The notes beneath the pieces are model-generated. The model ran no database searches, was not told the DNA's origin, and was given only the letters and a program-made list of their open reading frames with translations. 64,000 nt of DNA from Asterias rubens (lineage: Eukaryota): NCBI RefSeq assembly GCF_902459465.1, contig NC_047062.1, forward strand, positions 15,190,001 through 15,254,000, written 5' to 3'. The translations under genes and the position numbers were made by a program. Below are positions 12,649-22,103 of this stretch, one piece after another. The first letter of the stretch is position 1, and each line of letters opens with the position of its first letter.

Positions 12649-13261
12649 CTCGAGTTGTGAATCATATTCCCTGTCTTCTAACCCGTGGACGATTGGCCTT
12701 TAAAGCCAACAAGTGCTCATAATAAGCAAATGGCGACGTCCTGTAGTGAAATAACAGGGTTGGTTATGCCCTAACCCCGTAAAAATAACAATGCAGAATA
12801 CAGGCCCGCATGATGTGAATCTATGGATATAATATGCACGCATCGGTGCCTCAGCATAAAAAACTTCAGCCTGCGCACTCGTCCTTGCATTTTAAACCTA
12901 CTTTGAATTCCTAATTGATGTGTGACAAACACTGTATGCTTCAAACAATACTTACTGTACACTCGGTACACCTTGGCCGATGTGTGGCAGAGGGTATCCC
13001 CCCCCCCCACCCACACAAAAAAATTATTTTCACTTTGTCACACCCTTTTCCTCTTTTACGGTTTCCCCCTTTAAATCCTCCATATAATCCATGGGATTTT
13101 CAGAACACGTCCCATCTAAACTCTTTGTGAAATCGACACCAGAACACATCGGTGTGTAGGAGTGAGTTATAATTATTCGTAATTTCATAAATTGTAGGAA
13201 TAGTTTGTACTCGGCTTGGATCAGCGACTGCCCTGCGTGTTGATGGGTTTAACACTTTTTA

Positions 13262-13464
13262 CAGGGCCAAATTTCATAGAGCTGCTAAGCACACAAATTT
13301 GCTTAGCTTGAAATTTCTGCCTCGATAAAAAGAGGATTTTTCCACACGATTTTCAAGCAATATGCAAAAAATGGAAATTTGGTTGGTAATCCTGTGTTTT
13401 ATCAGGAAGAAATTTCATGCTAAGCAAATTTTTGTGCTTAGCAGCTCTATGAAATTGGGCCCTG
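13262..13464. mobile_element. MITE family H1 (TIR GGGCCCAATTTCATAGAGCTGCT(T)AAGC), probably PIF/Harbinger-type; copies at 47224-47466, ~27995-28536, ~41575-41732, variant at 22221-22600
   Basis: CAGGGCCAAATTTCATAGAGCTGCTAAGCAC ... GTGCTTAGCAGCTCTATGAAATTGGGCCCTG. Flanks are often CAG/CTG-like trinucleotides. The superfamily call is inference. Confidence 0.7.
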
Positions 13465-13922
13465 GTCACAAACGAAGGTTATACACACCCACGTGACGCG
13501 CTCTCCACCAATAGGAATAGCGAAACTGTTTGAGGTATTTATGAATATAGGTTTATTAATGTACATACTTGTGCTGACAGTTGGATGTGCTTGACATGTC
13601 TGGTGTATAGGCCTACACTGGCGGACCCACGGACCGCGCCAAAAACCGATCAGCTTGGCTTACTAGGGAAAATGATTTAAGAGCACAATTTCATTTGCTA
13701 GACTTGACTCAAAACCCAATCTCGTGAGAGTCCTTTGTTTTCAATCCCATAGCCTAATAACATCAGAAAACACCCCAAACATGTGCCGTTCTCGGGACCA
13801 ATAGCTACATTGACGGCGGATATGCTTGGGGACCTATCGCACAAGAACGGGACTTGAATCAAGTTTATACAACAACGGCAGGCTCGGGACGCACCTTTAA
13901 ACTTGAAGTAAATTTGTCTTGC

Positions 13923-14268
13923 TTAAAAGGCAGTGGACACTATTGGTGATTACTCAAATATTTAATAGCATAAAACCTTTCTTGGTGACGAGTAATGGGG
14001 AGAGGTGAGAAACGGCTCCATCTGAAGTGCCGTAGTTTTCGAGAAAGAAGTAATTTTCCACGAATTTGATTTTGAGACCTCAAGTTTAGAACTTGAGGTC
14101 TCGAAATCACCCATCTAGACACACACAACTTCTTTCATTAATATCTCGCAACTTCGACGACCGATTGAGCTAAAATTTTCACAGGTTTGTTATTTTATGC
14201 ATATGTTGAGATACAACAACTGTGAAGAGTAATCGTTGACAATTACCAATAGTGTCCACTGCCTTTAA
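13923..14268 (+). mobile_element. Full-length TTAA MITE family K1 (Kolobok/T2-type)
   Basis: TTAA-(A)AGGCAGTGGACACTATTGGT ... ATTACCAATAGTGTCCACTGCCT-TTAA, with an internal hairpin TTTTGAGACCTCAAG...CTTGAGGTCTCGAAA. Confidence 0.85.
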
Positions 14269-14816
14269 CGCCACTTTTTCGCAGCTTATAATTGAAGTCA
14301 ACCCTTATTACTGTGGCAACCAGCTCCCATATAGCTCCACTGGATAGGCCTGTCTTCCATTTCTTCAACAAAATGGCAGCAAAATGTTGAAGATCTTATG
14401 ATGTTATTTTGGTAAGAACAACAACATTGTGAGAAACGGCTCCCTATGGAGTAACATAGTTTTGAGAAAGAAGTAATTTCTCACTAAAATATTTGAATTG
14501 AATTCGAGACCTCAGCCCAGGTCTCGAATTCAAGGCATCTGACGAAAGCACACAACTTGTGCGACAGTGGTGTTTTTTCTTACATTATTCTCTAGCAACT
14601 TCGACGACCAATTGAGTTCAACTTTTCACAGGTTTGTTATTTTATGCATTATGTTGACATACAAAAGAAGACTGGTCTTTGATAACTACCAGAGGTGTCC
14701 AGCTGTAAGCCCTGATTAGAGACTCGCTAAGAACAGGGTGGACTGGAAACTGCGATGTTGAGGCACAAGGAACTTCCTGGGCATGTCCTATTGATAATGA
14801 TTTTTGAAAAGGGTCT

Positions 14817-15031
14817 TTAAAGGGAAGGTACACGTTTGGTAATTACTCAAAACAAACATTAGCTTTAAAACTGACTTGGTAACGAGCATTGGAGAGCTGT
14901 TGATAGTATAAAACATTGTGGGAAGTTTTTGAGCCCAAATTTTCACAGGCTTATTATTGTATGCTTATGATGGGATACACCAGTGAGAACACTGGTCGTT
15001 GACAATTACCAAACGTGTACAGTGCCTTTAA
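14817..15031 (+). mobile_element. Internally deleted K1-related MITE
   Basis: TTAAAGGGAAGGTACACGTTTGGTAATTACTCAAAA ... GACAATTACCAAACGTGTACAGTGCCTTTAA. Confidence 0.7.
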
Positions 15032-15577
15032 AGAAAACAAAATCCAAGCAACGTTTTTCTTTTCTTGGTTTACAGATTTATTTGTATATCCATCTTCTAA
15101 TAAAAAGAAAATCTTCAGTAGACCAGAGTAGCTACATGTACTTAATCTATTCAACACACTCTATAGCTAAAACAAATGTACTTAATTCAGGATTTTTGAC
15201 CTTATTATGCCATCATGAAAATACAGTAAAATATTTTCTAATTTGTTTTATCACTCTGGGAAACTTGGGGGTTTTGGTTTTGAGTTTCGACTAGCATGTT
15301 TATTTTTCTACTCAGACAAATATTGGTTCAACAATTTACTTTGTACATCTTACATCTCTAGAGTGAATTTGATTATGCCAATCACGATTAAGATTGTTTT
15401 AGAAAACTTTTCCATAAAAAAATATTAAACAAGTACGTTTTTTTTTTCCATAATAAGGATCTGCTATGATCTTGTTGAAATAGATCTTTACCAATTTAAC
15501 AGTCAATTACAGAATTTTACTTTGGTTTCACAAAAGAAGGGCAACGGAAGTCTTCTTCCCAACAACTTGGTTTAGCT

Positions 15578-15817
15578 ATAGAAGAGTTTGCGGTAACACC
15601 ATGTAATAACTATCTCTAATTGAGTTGGGGTGGTTCTGAAAAGGTTGGAGTTCCAACGGTTCTTTTCAGAACCACCCCAACTCAATTAGAGATAGTTATT
15701 TCTCTAATTGAGTTGGGGTGGTTCTGAAAAGAACCGTTGGAGTTCCAACGCTTTTCAGAACCACCCCCAACTCAATAAGAGATAGTTATTACATGGTGTT
15801 ACCGCAAACTCTTCTAT
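15578..15817. repeat. 240-bp nested palindrome (A-B-c-B'-B-c'-B'-A') just downstream of the ZNF stop codon
   Basis: The outer arms TATAGAAGAGTTTGCGGTAACACCATGTAATAACTATCTC / GAGATAGTTATTACATGGTGTTACCGCAAACTCTTCTATA enclose two internal hairpins of TCTCTAATTGAGTTGGGGTGGTTCTGAAAAG. Confidence 0.9.
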
Positions 15818-15848
15818 ATCTTATTTCCACCATGCAAAGTTTCAAATC

Positions 15849-17273
15849 CTACTTAACTTGGTTTAGCTTGAGAAGGCTGTTCTGCAAATGCTGCAAACAT
15901 GGTTTCTCATCAGTATGAACATCCTGATGGACTTTCAGAAAAGTTTCATGTGAAAAACCTTTTCCGCAAACACCACAAACAAATGGTTTATCTCCAGTGT
16001 GTATTTTTAGGTGGCTAGCGAGGGAAGTTTTGACCGAAAAGGCTTTCCCGCAAATGTCACAAACAAAGGGTTTCTCTCCAGAATGGATTCTCTGGTGGTC
16101 AACCAGAATTTTGTTATGAGCAAATGCTTTCCCACAAATGTCACAAACAAATGGTTTCCCTTCAGTGTGGATTTTCTGGTGGCGGACAAGGTTGGTTTTA
16201 AGAGAAAAAGCTTTACCACAATAGTCACAAACAAATGGTTTCTCTCCAGTGTGGATATGCTGATGGGTAGTTAGCCAGGTTTTTTTGGAATAGGCTTTTC
16301 CACAGATGTCACAAACAAATGGCTTGTCTCCTGGATGGACCCCCAGAATGTGGCAGGCAAGAGTGGTTTTAAGTGAAAATGTTTTTCCACAAATGTCACA
16401 AGCGAATGGTTTCTCTCCAGTGTGGACTCTCATGTGGCCGACAAGGGAGGTATTAACGGGAAAAGCTTTCCCGCAGATGTCACAAACAAACGGTTTCTCT
16501 CCTGTGTGAGTTTTCTGGTGTCTAGTTAAATTGTTTTTTTGAGCAAATGCTTTGTCACAAATGTCACAAACAAATGGTCTCTCTCCAGTGTGGACACGTT
16601 CATGTGCGGTCAGTTCGCCTCTTAGTGTAAAGAATTTTCCACAAAAGTCACAATCAAATGGTTTTGCTCTTGTGTGGACACGATAATGGACAGTCAGTTT
16701 CAATTTTTGTGAGAAGGTTTTTTGACAAACGGTACAACTAAATGGTTTCTCTCCAGTGTGGATTATCTGGTGACTTATCAGTTGGGCTTTCTGAGAAAAC
16801 GTTTTTTCACAAATGTCACAAACAAATTGTTTCTCCTCGGTGTGGACACGCTGATGAGTGATCAGGTCACCTCTCTGTGAAAAGAACTTTCCACAAATGG
16901 CACAAAAAAATAGCATCTCTACAGTGTGAGTACGCTGATGGGCAGTCAGGCGATGTTTTCGCGAGAAGGTTTCTTGACAAATGTCACAAGCAAACGGTTT
17001 CTCTCTAGTGTGAATACGTTGATGGGCGGTCAGGCGATGTTTTCGCGAGAAGGTTTCTTGGCAAATATCACAAGCAAATGGTTTCTCTCCAGTGTGGACT
17101 TCTTGGTGCTCTCTTGATTCATGTTTAAGTGGATCAGATTTGTCACAAATGTCAGAGAAAAAGTCATCAAATGATTTCCAAGCATGTTTTTGTTTATGCT
17201 TTTCCAGTTTGCCTTTTTCTGAGTAAGTTGCTCCACATAGCTCACAAATAAGCTCCTTCTCTCGAGAATTCAT
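15849..17273 (-). CDS. Multi-finger C2H2 (Kruppel-type) zinc-finger protein, ~474 aa, 15 intact fingers, single coding exon
   Basis: Tandem CxxC-x12-HxxxH units with TGEKPF linkers. The likely start is the ATG at 17273, just inside a splice acceptor (TTTTTTATTCTGCAG|ATATG); the first 30 aa of the listed 504-aa ORF read as intron. No KRAB, ZAD or BTB effector domain is visible. Confidence 0.93.
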   Translation of the reverse strand: MNSREKELICELCGATYSEKGKLEKHKQKHAWKSFDDFFSDICDKSDPLKHESREHQEVHTGEKPFACDICQETFSRKHRLTAHQRIHTREKPFACDICQETFSRKHRLTAHQRTHTVEMLFFCAICGKFFSQRGDLITHQRVHTEEKQFVCDICEKTFSQKAQLISHQIIHTGEKPFSCTVCQKTFSQKLKLTVHYRVHTRAKPFDCDFCGKFFTLRGELTAHERVHTGERPFVCDICDKAFAQKNNLTRHQKTHTGEKPFVCDICGKAFPVNTSLVGHMRVHTGEKPFACDICGKTFSLKTTLACHILGVHPGDKPFVCDICGKAYSKKTWLTTHQHIHTGEKPFVCDYCGKAFSLKTNLVRHQKIHTEGKPFVCDICGKAFAHNKILVDHQRIHSGEKPFVCDICGKAFSVKTSLASHLKIHTGDKPFVCGVCGKGFSHETFLKVHQDVHTDEKPCLQHLQNSLLKLNQVK

Positions 17274-18384
17274 ATCTGCAGAATAAAAAAATAAAACAGT
17301 TACTTGCCAATTGTTCTTATTCAAAAATATTATAAATTTATACGTGTGTACATGCCAACCCACTGTATTGTTACTCTTAAAAGAATAAAGCAGGGGATAT
17401 ACTCATTCTTGTTACCTTCTTACTCAAAGCGAAATTTTGTCCTTTTTCGAAATGAGACTTTTTGAAAGACCTCAGCAGATAACTCAATATGTTCTAAAAC
17501 CCCCTCGACCCATGATCCCTCAACGTCCGCCCCCAACTCGGAGCATGTCCCAATTCCAAATTCATAAAATATTACTTTACGGCTGGGTAAGAATTAAGTT
17601 TGACCAGTTCAGGATAAGATGAATCTATTCTGAATAAGTAGAGTGCCCTTTATTGCAAACCCATACTCCCATTCATAAAACTGTCTCTCAAGGACACGAA
17701 ACTTCAGAGGTGTGTTGGCATGGACTTGGACTTCTTTTCTTTAGTAAATGTCATGCAAGTGTCTTCAATAGCAGCGCAAAAACCCAATGACAAAACCACA
17801 AAACAACAGCAAAGGCAAATGGAAAAGTGAAGCGAACCTAAAAAGCATTATTGACCCCTCCAAGTTTAATTTTCTCACACAAAAAAAAATCTACAAGAAT
17901 TTGTTGAAGGTTGAAGTAATGTTTCTCAAAATCAACTAAATAAACTTTCTACTGCAGTAGTATGATTTTACCTTACTAAAAAAAATAGTAAGTTAGTGCG
18001 TCACCATTTGACGCAATGAGATGTGGAGTGATCCCGAACTGGTCAAGGGAAGTTGCCCCCCCAAAGAAGATTTGGTAACTTCGTCTCCTCAAAAATCAAC
18101 AGAAATTGGTAATAATGAGAAGTTATATAATTATTTGGTTATTGCAAGTTGAACTTTGAAGTGATCCCGAACTGGTCAAATGACTGTAGTACACTACTCC
18201 TACCTACCTAGGCCTAGGTAGGCAATTTAATTGAATTGTTGTATTGTGCGACGGACGAGTTGTCTGATCTGAACTCCGGATTTGCTCGGATCGGAGAGAA
18301 CAAAATATGCTTAAGTTTTGCGTACGATACTAAATCTTACAACAGACTGTGACAAATACGCACTGCAAAAACTCAAAATACTAC

Positions 18385-18500
18385 CTTGTTTTTCCTCCAA
18401 CAAGGAGCAATCGATGAAATTTTCTGGTGGCGCAGTCAGTCACACACGAGAGATCGAAGTAAGAAACTCCGAGTAAACAGCCCCCTCTACTGTTTGGGTT
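18385..18500 (-). promoter_or_regulatory. Putative non-coding first exon / promoter of the ZNF gene
   Basis: CpG-enriched stretch (~18240-18500) ending in a minus-strand donor AAG|GTAGTA at 18385/18384, upstream of the 17275 acceptor. Inference only. Confidence 0.35.
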
Positions 18501-20639
18501 TAGCAAGTATGAGGGAAGGGCAGCTAGGGGGGTTGGGGGGGGGGGGTAGATGATCACAGTATCAATAGACTGGGAAATGCGAATAGGTCTTTTTGATCGC
18601 CGGCCGGTGTGTGCGGATGGGAGTGATAGTGAATGTCACGTGAAGTAAGTTCCACCAATCAAATGACAAGGATCTGTATGTCAGATTCTACCTCCATGGT
18701 TATATAATACCGGGATACCCTATCCTGGTGTCATGTGTTTTCAGTAGGATAACATGAAAATTGTTCACAATCAAAAACTATTTTTTTTTTTCAAATTATC
18801 TATCCAATTTTTTAACAATAACACACACACTTCATGATGTGTTGACATTTTTCAAGTTTTGGTTTTACGTTGCGAGAGACAGTCCGCCATTAACAGTGCT
18901 TATGCATGCACGACATTGGAGCAACGTCACATGTTTTCACATCTTTCATTGGTTGGTATTTTATATTCAGAAGCTAGTATGGTGTGCAAAATAAATCAAT
19001 TACTACTTAACAAATTTAATTACAATTTTGTCCTAAGGCATTTTGGCTACTATCGTAGGAGGTCCTGTTTTCGAGGTGTCCCTAAAATCGTGGCAAATCT
19101 TTAAGTTTTACCTCTCTTTGCGCGATGTAAACCGTCCCTAGAATCTAGATACAAAAAAATTGTGGTTTTATTTGCCAAGCAAAGAGTCTCCTCTCCCTTG
19201 ACCAAAACTTAGAAACACGTAAGGCTCCACTGATTATTTGCACTTGTAAATGCAAAATATTTGGTAGTTTAGGCATTTCTACAAGGTACACAAATATGTC
19301 ATAGTGTTGAGGCCATATACAAATATTTGCCCACCCAAAAAGTTTCATAAAACACTATTTCAATTCACAATTCATGATGATCAAATCATGTGAATGAATA
19401 TTAAATCATGTGACTGAATATTTTGCTGAGCATTCTGAAAAAAATATCCAGAGGCTTAAAGAAGACATGTGCCTTATATTAAATTTGTTTTCCTTTTCTA
19501 ATATTTTTGGAGATTTTAATTTGTTAGCCCTCGTATCGATATTTTTTATTAATATTAAAATTTAAACATCAGCTTGTTGATTCAATTATCACTGTTTATT
19601 TATACATTTTATTATAAATTTTAAGAAGAAAAAAAGGGAAAAAACTAAATAAGAGTCAGATTTGAAAGCCAATAATTAGTCACACTTTTTATTTAATTAT
19701 TTATTTTTGTTATTTTTTGCAAATTACCATGGTAAATTTTAAAAGTTCATTAAAAATATTTTGAATAAAACGAAGACAACTGCTGGCTATAGAGTCATAC
19801 ACAGAGTCTCAAAGAACACTTGTAGTCACTGCAGATGTTTCTTCCATGTATGGCTTCACCGGGAAACCATACTTTCTTGTTTGCCGTGAAAACAGGAAAA
19901 ACTCAAAACAAATGGGGCCAGTTGAAGTCATCGAAGATCGGTGTGTAGTGTGAACATTTCAATGTCCATCAAGTTTTAATATATGTTTGCAAACTTCATA
20001 TTAACAAATGAAGATAATTAGGGCATCGGTTGATATATGGCATCATTATTTTTTTTCCAATTCAAAGAAAAAGGCATAATAGCGTGAAAACTGGTAAGCA
20101 GAGGATATATTAGAATCCAGAGATATCATAAGGCATGAAAGTAAAACACCCCTCCCCCCTTGAAACACACACACTTCATAACAATCCGTTTTCCCCCATT
20201 TCAGACCAGTAATGTTTGGTTTCAGGAGATAAGAAACCAATCTATGATATTTTCTCTTTAATGTAGACTTAATATTTATTACGCTTATCGGAATTTATTA
20301 CAGTACTTAGTAAATAAAAAAAAAATTTTTTTGGTAATTTTCACTTAAAATATTTTAATATTTTCCCCATATTGGCACACCATATAATCCCAAATAGTAA
20401 CCACCTCACGTGATCCATCTAGTGACTAGAGCAGAATGAAACTCAATCTTGCAGATAGTAATTTTGTTTTGAACTTTTGAGGTTGGATGATGTTTCTTTG
20501 ACTCATTTGAATGTTGGCATAATAATGCACTTGGTGATTAGTACCAAAAATCAATCATTTTATAAATGTTTGAGCATAACCAACGACAGGAAACTTTTTT
20601 TCTCAGCATGATTAAGCCTGATGAAAATACAGACTGTGA

Positions 20640-20965
20640 GTAAACTGCATAGCTTCTGTCACCGGTGCAGCTTGCACAATCTCGCGGTAAACGGGAATCA
20701 AAGTTGGGGACCGAAAACATATGAGGGTCGATAAAGTATGAAGCTACGATATATTTTGTGGAATAGTAGCCTTGCTCAAGGCAGTCGCATTATTCACTCC
20801 GAAAAAGACGCCGCTGTAAACCCACCCGTATGCGTGTAATCACACCACACGACCCCGTATACACAGTCACATCGTACGACTACTGCGCACACAAGTCATC
20901 CGCACTCGTACCCCTTTAATACCGCAAGCTGAGGCCGTCAGGCCGACGGCCTCGTCGTTCGGGTC
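20640..20965 (+). promoter_or_regulatory. CpG-rich island, candidate TRPT1 promoter / untranslated first exon
   Basis: Locally high CpG and GC content ~1.2 kb upstream of the TRPT1 ATG in otherwise AT-rich DNA. No transcript evidence. Confidence 0.3.
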
Positions 20966-21164
20966 TGTAAATGAAAAAAAGTTCCAATATTGACGTCTTA
21001 AAAGGGGTAGGCGGAGTCACCCCCACACAATTTTTTAATTTTTTTATAAGCATATAAATCGTTAAAAACAATTACTCAAATCATTACTCTAAGTCTAATG
21101 TTTGAAGAAAAGAAAAAAATATTTCCAGGTGACTTTATTGTTCTATATTCCGACATTCCTATAT

Positions 21165-21875
21165 GTTCTGATATGTAGTATGGTCCTACACCCCTATGTT
21201 TCGACACCCTTTTATTCCGACACCCGTTTATTCCGACAACCGTTTATTCCGACACCCATTAATTCCGACACCCCTATGTTCCGACAACCCATTCACCCAT
21301 ATGTTCCGACAACCTGCACCAATATAACATTTTGTGTTGCATGGTAGAACTTATTTATTTATTTTTATTTGGGTGGGGGAGGGGGCAAATGAAAGAAATT
21401 ACACATCAGCAATTAACGCATGGGAGAGTTGGAATTTTTATAAATAGAACTCATGAAATGTAATCAACACGGACACGCATCTAACAAAGAACAAGTAGTA
21501 AAGTACCAAGTGGTATTACTAGCTTAGCCTGGTAAATAACTCATGTTTATAACCATGCACACAACAAATGAAATATGCAACAAATTCATGTACAATTTGA
21601 TAATGTTATTCGATCTTATGAATGATCAAACTTATTCGCGGCCTAAATTCACCATGAACAAGTTGTGTTTTTATTATTGCTCAACAGAGTAATAATGTGC
21701 GAACTTGTCGGAAATTAGGGGTGTCGGAACATAGTGGTGTTGATATAAGGGTGTTGGAACATAGGGGTGTCGGAATATATGAGTGTCGGAATATAGGGGG
21801 GTCGGAACCTATGGATGTCGGAATATATAGGCCGAGTTGTGAAAACATGAGTTGCCGGAACATAGGGGTGTCAGA
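21165..21875. repeat. Foldback-like element: two inverted arrays of a ~15-bp unit (CCCCTATGTTCCGACA / TGTCGGAACATAGGGG) around a ~380-bp AT-rich spacer
   Basis: About 8 TTCCGACA-type units at 21165-21315 and about 8 TGTCGGAA-type units at 21700-21875. Confidence 0.8.
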
Positions 21876-22103
21876 ATTTAGCTGTGTAACCTTAATGTGG
21901 ACCCATATTATTACAATCCCCAAAATGTCTTTTTAAAATTCAAAAGAGAAATATATTTTTGATGGCTCAGCATGGTCAGAGGTTGGAATGGAAGGATCCC
22001 AGTAAAAAAAAACAGCAACATGTTTTTCCATCTGTATAACTGAACTCGTATTACAATCCAAAGAGTGTCTTTTTAAAATTCAAAACACAGAATTGTTGTT
22101 GAT

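Noticed and set aside
16007-17245. Short ORFs overlapping the ZNF gene on other frames or the opposite strand
   Set aside because: Shadow ORFs produced by the 84-bp finger periodicity; no independent signals.
17274-17363. First 30 aa of the listed 504-aa ZNF ORF
   Set aside because: It runs through a polypyrimidine tract and AG acceptor (TTTTTTATTCTGCAG), so it is most likely intron. ATG 17273 is preferred.
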